The position numbers and the translations under genes were made by a program. Positions 59,597 to 64,000 of a stretch of 64,000 nt of DNA are shown in pieces (the first letter of the stretch is position 1; every line of letters starts with the position of its first letter). The stretch lies in contig CALDZP010000003.1 in assembly GCA_937944105.1 (NCBI GenBank), positions 19,163-83,162 on the forward strand, read 5' to 3'. Under the pieces are notes generated by a model. It was not told the DNA's origin. It made no database searches and saw only the letters and a list, made by a program, of their open reading frames with translations. This DNA is from an uncultured Ignavibacteria bacterium (lineage in GTDB: Bacteria; Bacteroidota; Ignavibacteria; Ch128b).

Positions 59597-61228
59597 TTAA
59601 ATATTTGAACTTAATGAAAGACGAAAGCCATCGAATGGTAAAACCTGTCGGCAGATTCCGTTTGAACAAACTGTTCCACCCCTCTCTTTGCCATAAGTGA
59701 TAATAAGAGTATGATTTGTACTAATTCTCATACCTCCTTCTACAACTAACCAATTTTTTCGGTTTTCTTCTTCAAATTTATTAGTTGTAAACTCAAAACG
59801 AAATCCAAAAGTAATCATAGAATTAAGTGTTGTCGATGCTGCTAAAAGATGATTATAATATTTTTCAGATTGTGGAAAATGAAACACCCATTGTGATTCA
59901 GAGATTAATTTCGAGCTTATCTTATCACTCCAAACATATTGAATTTCCAGTGGAAAAGTTGTCAATCGCAATGGTTGAATAGGATTGTAAAAATTCATTT
60001 GATCATTTGTTGTTTCGCTTCTTCTATTTATTCCAAATCTCAAATACGAATCTGAATTATTCGGGAAGAAATATTCCAGTTCAAGATATATTTCCCAGAA
60101 AGGTGAACGCAATTTGTTTAATGATGGAACTAAATCGCTACCTATTTTTTTCTTTTCATATTGAAAAGTTGTTTGGTTTAATTCAAAATCAAAATGTCTT
60201 GATGCCATTGCAAAATTTGCATTGAGATTTACTCCATCGGAGAGATTAAAAAAAGCATCAAATTGAAAACCAACTTCATCATTAAAATCAACAACATGAG
60301 GATTTCGTTGCGTCAGGGAAAAAAGATGTTCTTTATGAACAATCGGTGGATTTTGAAATGGTAATGTTCGGGTAGGTCTAAATGGATCTGATTTTCTTAA
60401 AGGATCAACAATATCAAATCTATAATCTTTGAATTCAAAAGTTACTCCAAATCCTTCATTTGAATAAGATAATGATGTATATAAACCTGAACCTTTCGCA
60501 GTATCTTTGCCTCCCAGACTTGTTCTTTTAATTGCATAAGAGACAAATAAATCTAATGACCCCAGTCTTGACTTGATAAAAAATTCTGGGATGTTTACCT
60601 CAATCGTATCAAATTGTGAAATCAAACCTGGCAATTTTCCTTCTGACCATACATAGTTTGTTCCCAGAGTTAAATTCTTAACAGGAGAAATTTCAATTGA
60701 ACCAGCACGAATTTTATATTTCTCAATCCTGTTAGTTAACAAATAAAGACTTAATGGTTCAAAGAAATTTAAGTCGCCTCCAACTAATTGAGCCCTTAAA
60801 AAATCGTTTTCATACTTAACTCTGATACCCTCCATTCCATTATCAAATGCAAGATTACGATTCTCAAAAAGATTAAGAGAGAGACCCCTTGCAAAAAGAG
60901 TATAAAAATCACCTGCACGAAAATTTAATCCATAAGATTCAAACTCAACATATTTCTTTTTTAGTCCAACAAAATCAAGTCCATATTCAGGAGGTTTACT
61001 GTATTCAATTCGAAAGCCTACTGTTGTTTTTGGAATAAAAATTCTGACATCTGAAAAATTTTCGAAATATTCTTTCTTCTGTTTTTTTCTGCTTTCACCA
61101 ATAAACTCAAAACCCTTACCAAATTTCAAAGAGTTAAAGATAGAAGTAGCTATCTCTTGAGATAATAAAAACTTTGATGAAATTAATAAGAAAAATAAGA
61201 TGAATTTTAATTTTAGATTGAACAACAT
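59597..61228 (-). CDS. DUF6029 family outer-membrane beta-barrel protein
   Basis: GDFY..F.RGL, D....G.R, E.KDY, NPP, E.G.Q, C-terminal YG..RGG.VCSNG.CR....F.G. Confidence 0.75.
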   Translation of the reverse strand: MLFNLKLKFILFFLLISSKFLLSQEIATSIFNSLKFGKGFEFIGESRKKQKKEYFENFSDVRIFIPKTTVGFRIEYSKPPEYGLDFVGLKKKYVEFESYGLNFRAGDFYTLFARGLSLNLFENRNLAFDNGMEGIRVKYENDFLRAQLVGGDLNFFEPLSLYLLTNRIEKYKIRAGSIEISPVKNLTLGTNYVWSEGKLPGLISQFDTIEVNIPEFFIKSRLGSLDLFVSYAIKRTSLGGKDTAKGSGLYTSLSYSNEGFGVTFEFKDYRFDIVDPLRKSDPFRPTRTLPFQNPPIVHKEHLFSLTQRNPHVVDFNDEVGFQFDAFFNLSDGVNLNANFAMASRHFDFELNQTTFQYEKKKIGSDLVPSLNKLRSPFWEIYLELEYFFPNNSDSYLRFGINRRSETTNDQMNFYNPIQPLRLTTFPLEIQYVWSDKISSKLISESQWVFHFPQSEKYYNHLLAASTTLNSMITFGFRFEFTTNKFEEENRKNWLVVEGGMRISTNHTLIITYGKERGGTVCSNGICRQVLPFDGFRLSLSSNI

Positions 61229-61246
61229 ACTCCTCCTGTTAAAAAA

Positions 61247-61741
61247 TTAATTCTTTTTGCTGAGAATGTTTTCCCAATCCTTTATTATTTCCTTTTCATC
61301 ACCAGGTACATAACTATTTCTAATTTTTACTATTTCACCTTTTTGATTAATCAATAAAGAATAAGGCAAGTTTTTACCATTAAACTTTTGAAAAACCTCC
61401 GAATTAGGATCTAACAAAACATCAAACGAAAATTTCTGTGAAGCTACGAACGATTTTACTTTAGCCATACTTTTAGGAGAATCGATATTAATTGCAAGTA
61501 ACTTAAGCCCCTTAAGTTTATACTGCTCATAAATCTGATTCAATACTTTCAATTCAGCACGACATGGTGCACACCAGATAGCCCAGAAATTTAAATAAAC
61601 AGGACCTTCTTTTAATAACTCGTAGAGCGAAACTTTTTCACCATTTATAGATTCGAGCTTAAAATCTGGAACAACTTTTTGTTGACCCCTTAAAGATAAC
61701 GAGAAGAATATAAAAGAAAGAAAAAATATCATAAGTTTCAT
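61247..61741 (-). CDS. TlpA-family exported thiol-disulfide oxidoreductase
   Basis: Signal peptide; PDF.L, LNFWAIWCAPCRAE, LLDPN, LP (cis-Pro). Confidence 0.92.
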   Translation of the reverse strand: MKLMIFFLSFIFFSLSLRGQQKVVPDFKLESINGEKVSLYELLKEGPVYLNFWAIWCAPCRAELKVLNQIYEQYKLKGLKLLAINIDSPKSMAKVKSFVASQKFSFDVLLDPNSEVFQKFNGKNLPYSLLINQKGEIVKIRNSYVPGDEKEIIKDWENILSKKN

Positions 61742-61769
61742 GTATCACCTCATTTTAATACAAGTATTT

Positions 61770-63176
61770 TCATTTCAAATAAACCATTTTTTTTATTGCC
61801 GAAAAATTTTTTGTCTTCAAATGATAAAAATAAATTCCGCTCGGTAAATCACTTTTTGAGGTTAATTCTGAAAAATTTAAATGATGTTTGTAAACTCCTG
61901 AATCTAAACTTTCGAAGTTAATCTTATAAATTATCTCACCAAGAAAGTTATATACACTTAATTCAACAATTGAATTTTCTGCTACACCATAAACTATAGT
62001 TGTGATTGAATTAAATGGATTGGGAAAATTTTGAGATAAAAAAAATCCATCTGTTTGAATGTGTGAATCTGAAACATCTGTTATTAATGTGGTAAAGTAC
62101 CATATTTCAGATGAAGAACTCAATCCAGAAAAACTATTAGCCATCACTTTCCAGAAATAAGTTTTATTTGGAAATAAATTATCGGAGACATAAAATGTGT
62201 CAAAAATTGTTTGATTTACTACAGGATTAGAAAAGCTTGAATCTTCAGCAACTAACAATGAATAATTTTCAGCACCTTGAGAAACAAACCACTTAAACTC
62301 AACAGGCAACGAAACACCCGAAGCCCCCTTTGGCGGGGAATTCAAAACTGGTGGCAATGGAGGATTTGACTTTGTGGTAAAACTCCAAATTTGAGAAAAT
62401 AAACTCCAGCCAGCATTGTTTTTTGCTCGTACTCTCCAGTAATATTTTGTTTGAGATTGTAGTTGAACAGTTTTTTGATTTGTTTGAATTGTTGAATCAT
62501 TTAATACTAAACTGGAAAAATTTGAATCAGTTGAAATTTGAAGATGATAATTTGTAGAACCATTAACCTGTGTCCATTTAAGTAGCGGATTTATCACTAC
62601 ATTAACTGAACCATTTGCTGGTAAAATTAAATCTGGTGGTGAGGGTGGAAGTTGACCTGTAAGATTATAGGTAATTATCATTTTCAGTTTATTTATGATG
62701 TTAGGATTTGTTACAACTAAACTATCTTTACCAATCATATTTTTATTGACGACAATTCCCCCAAAAAAATCCTGGAGAAGTCCAGAGACGCCCGAAGGTA
62801 AATTCCATGAGATTGTAATTGTTGTACCACTTCCAATTTGATATCTTAATTCATGAATTCGTTGTCCTTTTGTTGTATCTGTTCCATTTCTATAATCTTT
62901 TAATACACCTTCACCGAGTTCTGGAATATCTATATCATAACCTACAAATCGTGCATCAAAAATACCTGAGGGTGGAATAGGAGGTTGTTCCATTTCATCA
63001 AGATGGGTATCTATTCCGTTTGTTGCTGTTGGATCAAGTCCGAAATACAAAACCCTGCTACGAAATCCATCAGAAACATTTAATGGAATATTTATTTGTG
63101 GTATTATTTGAGCAATCAAGTTAGCAGATAAAAAGAAAATAACCAGAAAAATATATTTCAGTTTCATGACTTCCAT
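61770..63176 (-). CDS. T9SS type A cargo protein with two FN3-like modules
   Basis: Signal peptide; P.L..P.NG...YYWRV.A modules; C-terminus LSQNFPNPFN...PSGIYFY...KKMVYLK. Confidence 0.85.
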   Translation of the reverse strand: MEVMKLKYIFLVIFFLSANLIAQIIPQINIPLNVSDGFRSRVLYFGLDPTATNGIDTHLDEMEQPPIPPSGIFDARFVGYDIDIPELGEGVLKDYRNGTDTTKGQRIHELRYQIGSGTTITISWNLPSGVSGLLQDFFGGIVVNKNMIGKDSLVVTNPNIINKLKMIITYNLTGQLPPSPPDLILPANGSVNVVINPLLKWTQVNGSTNYHLQISTDSNFSSLVLNDSTIQTNQKTVQLQSQTKYYWRVRAKNNAGWSLFSQIWSFTTKSNPPLPPVLNSPPKGASGVSLPVEFKWFVSQGAENYSLLVAEDSSFSNPVVNQTIFDTFYVSDNLFPNKTYFWKVMANSFSGLSSSSEIWYFTTLITDVSDSHIQTDGFFLSQNFPNPFNSITTIVYGVAENSIVELSVYNFLGEIIYKINFESLDSGVYKHHLNFSELTSKSDLPSGIYFYHLKTKNFSAIKKMVYLK

Positions 63177-63212
63177 TGTTATTTATTTATGCTAAGATAA
63201 AAGATTTATTGA

Positions 63213-63881
63213 TTACTTTCCCGATTTATTTAATAAGCTTCTAAATAATATTTTTAACTCACTTAAATTATTCAAAACAGGAACTCTACATTTATCAAGT
63301 TCTTTTTTTGATTGATGCCCTGAAGAAACTAAAATACAATCACAACCAAGTGCAAGGGATACTTCATAATCATGAACTGTATCGCCAATTAATATCACTT
63401 CATCTGAATTCAAATTAAGAATTTTCATCAATTTTTTGCCAAGGTTTATTTTACTTTCAGCATAAATATTATCAAGTCCAACGATATTCTTAAAATACTT
63501 ATCAAGGTTATATTCTTTCACAATTTCAATTAAAGTGTTTTGAGAATAAGCTGAAAGGATTGATTGTTCGATTCCTGTTTCATAAAAATAATTAAGAATC
63601 TCAATTGCATTTTCAGCTAAACCAGCCTCATATTTTTTACCCTCATATCTCTCCATCCATTCCTTACCAATTTTGAAAAAATCCAGCTTATTTAGATCAA
63701 ATCCTACCCTTCGATAATATTCGACGACAGGGAAAGTAAAAATTTCACGATACCTATCTTTTGTAATTCTCTGAAGTCCATATTTCTCAAGTAACCAATT
63801 TATATTATCAACACACAGATCAACATCATCCAAAAGAGTTCCATTCCAGTCCCAGATTATGTGATTCACATTTTTAATCAT
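63213..63881 (-). CDS. HAD-superfamily phosphatase (phosphoglycolate phosphatase-like)
   Basis: IIWDWNGTLLDD (DxD-like motif I), LSA, K, IGDT.HD, GHQ. Confidence 0.88.
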   Translation of the reverse strand: MIKNVNHIIWDWNGTLLDDVDLCVDNINWLLEKYGLQRITKDRYREIFTFPVVEYYRRVGFDLNKLDFFKIGKEWMERYEGKKYEAGLAENAIEILNYFYETGIEQSILSAYSQNTLIEIVKEYNLDKYFKNIVGLDNIYAESKINLGKKLMKILNLNSDEVILIGDTVHDYEVSLALGCDCILVSSGHQSKKELDKCRVPVLNNLSELKILFRSLLNKSGK

Positions 63882-64000
63882 CAGTTCAATTATTTATTTA
63901 ATGTTTTATCCCTTTTTGATGATCATTGCAACTTCTCTTGCCACATTTGAATTGTATTCAAAAGCAAGTTTTTTATGATTTATTAAATCTATTATCGTTC

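Noticed and set aside
57946-61741. Selenocysteine (UGA) read-through in the redox proteins
   Set aside because: All CxxC motifs are encoded as Cys in intact ORFs; there is no in-frame TGA at catalytic positions.
63882-64000. 3' end of a further minus-strand gene at the window edge
   Set aside because: Two frames are open from the edge for only 8-25 codons, so the frame and identity cannot be determined.
1-64000. CRISPR arrays, IS elements, prophage genes, rRNA
   Set aside because: I saw no regularly spaced repeats, transposase/integrase motifs, phage genes or rRNA-like GC-rich stretches.

Overview
AT-rich chromosomal window, most likely from an Ignavibacteriota (FCB-group) bacterium. This assignment is inferred from T9SS 'NYPNPFNP...KKMxxLK' C-terminal sorting domains, GWxTD/BatA/DUF6029 families and TAnnTTTG promoter motifs. 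Most of the window is housekeeping and envelope genes on the minus strand: hflX (partial), rpmH-rnpA-yidD-yidC, an rlmI-like methyltransferase, cyaB/addB-like, cstA, rnhB, rimO, cdsA, miaB, lptE, surE, a histidine ammonia-lyase family gene, yitJ-like, tRNA-Gln(CTG) and rpmB. I saw no rRNA, CRISPR array, transposase or prophage. Four things stand out: (1) a stand-alone 9-heme cytochrome c fused to a T9SS sorting domain, a candidate surface-displayed electron-transfer protein; (2) a tight operon of TlpA(CxxC), a DUF6029 beta-barrel with a lone Cys pair and a T9SS-exported thioredoxin-like Omp28 (CxxC), suggesting a thiol relay across the outer membrane; (3) an ammonia-lyase whose MIO tripeptide is Ala-Cys-Gly instead of Ala-Ser-Gly; (4) a structured 5' leader upstream of the rlmI-like gene. 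All family calls come from motif recognition by eye, not from database searches.
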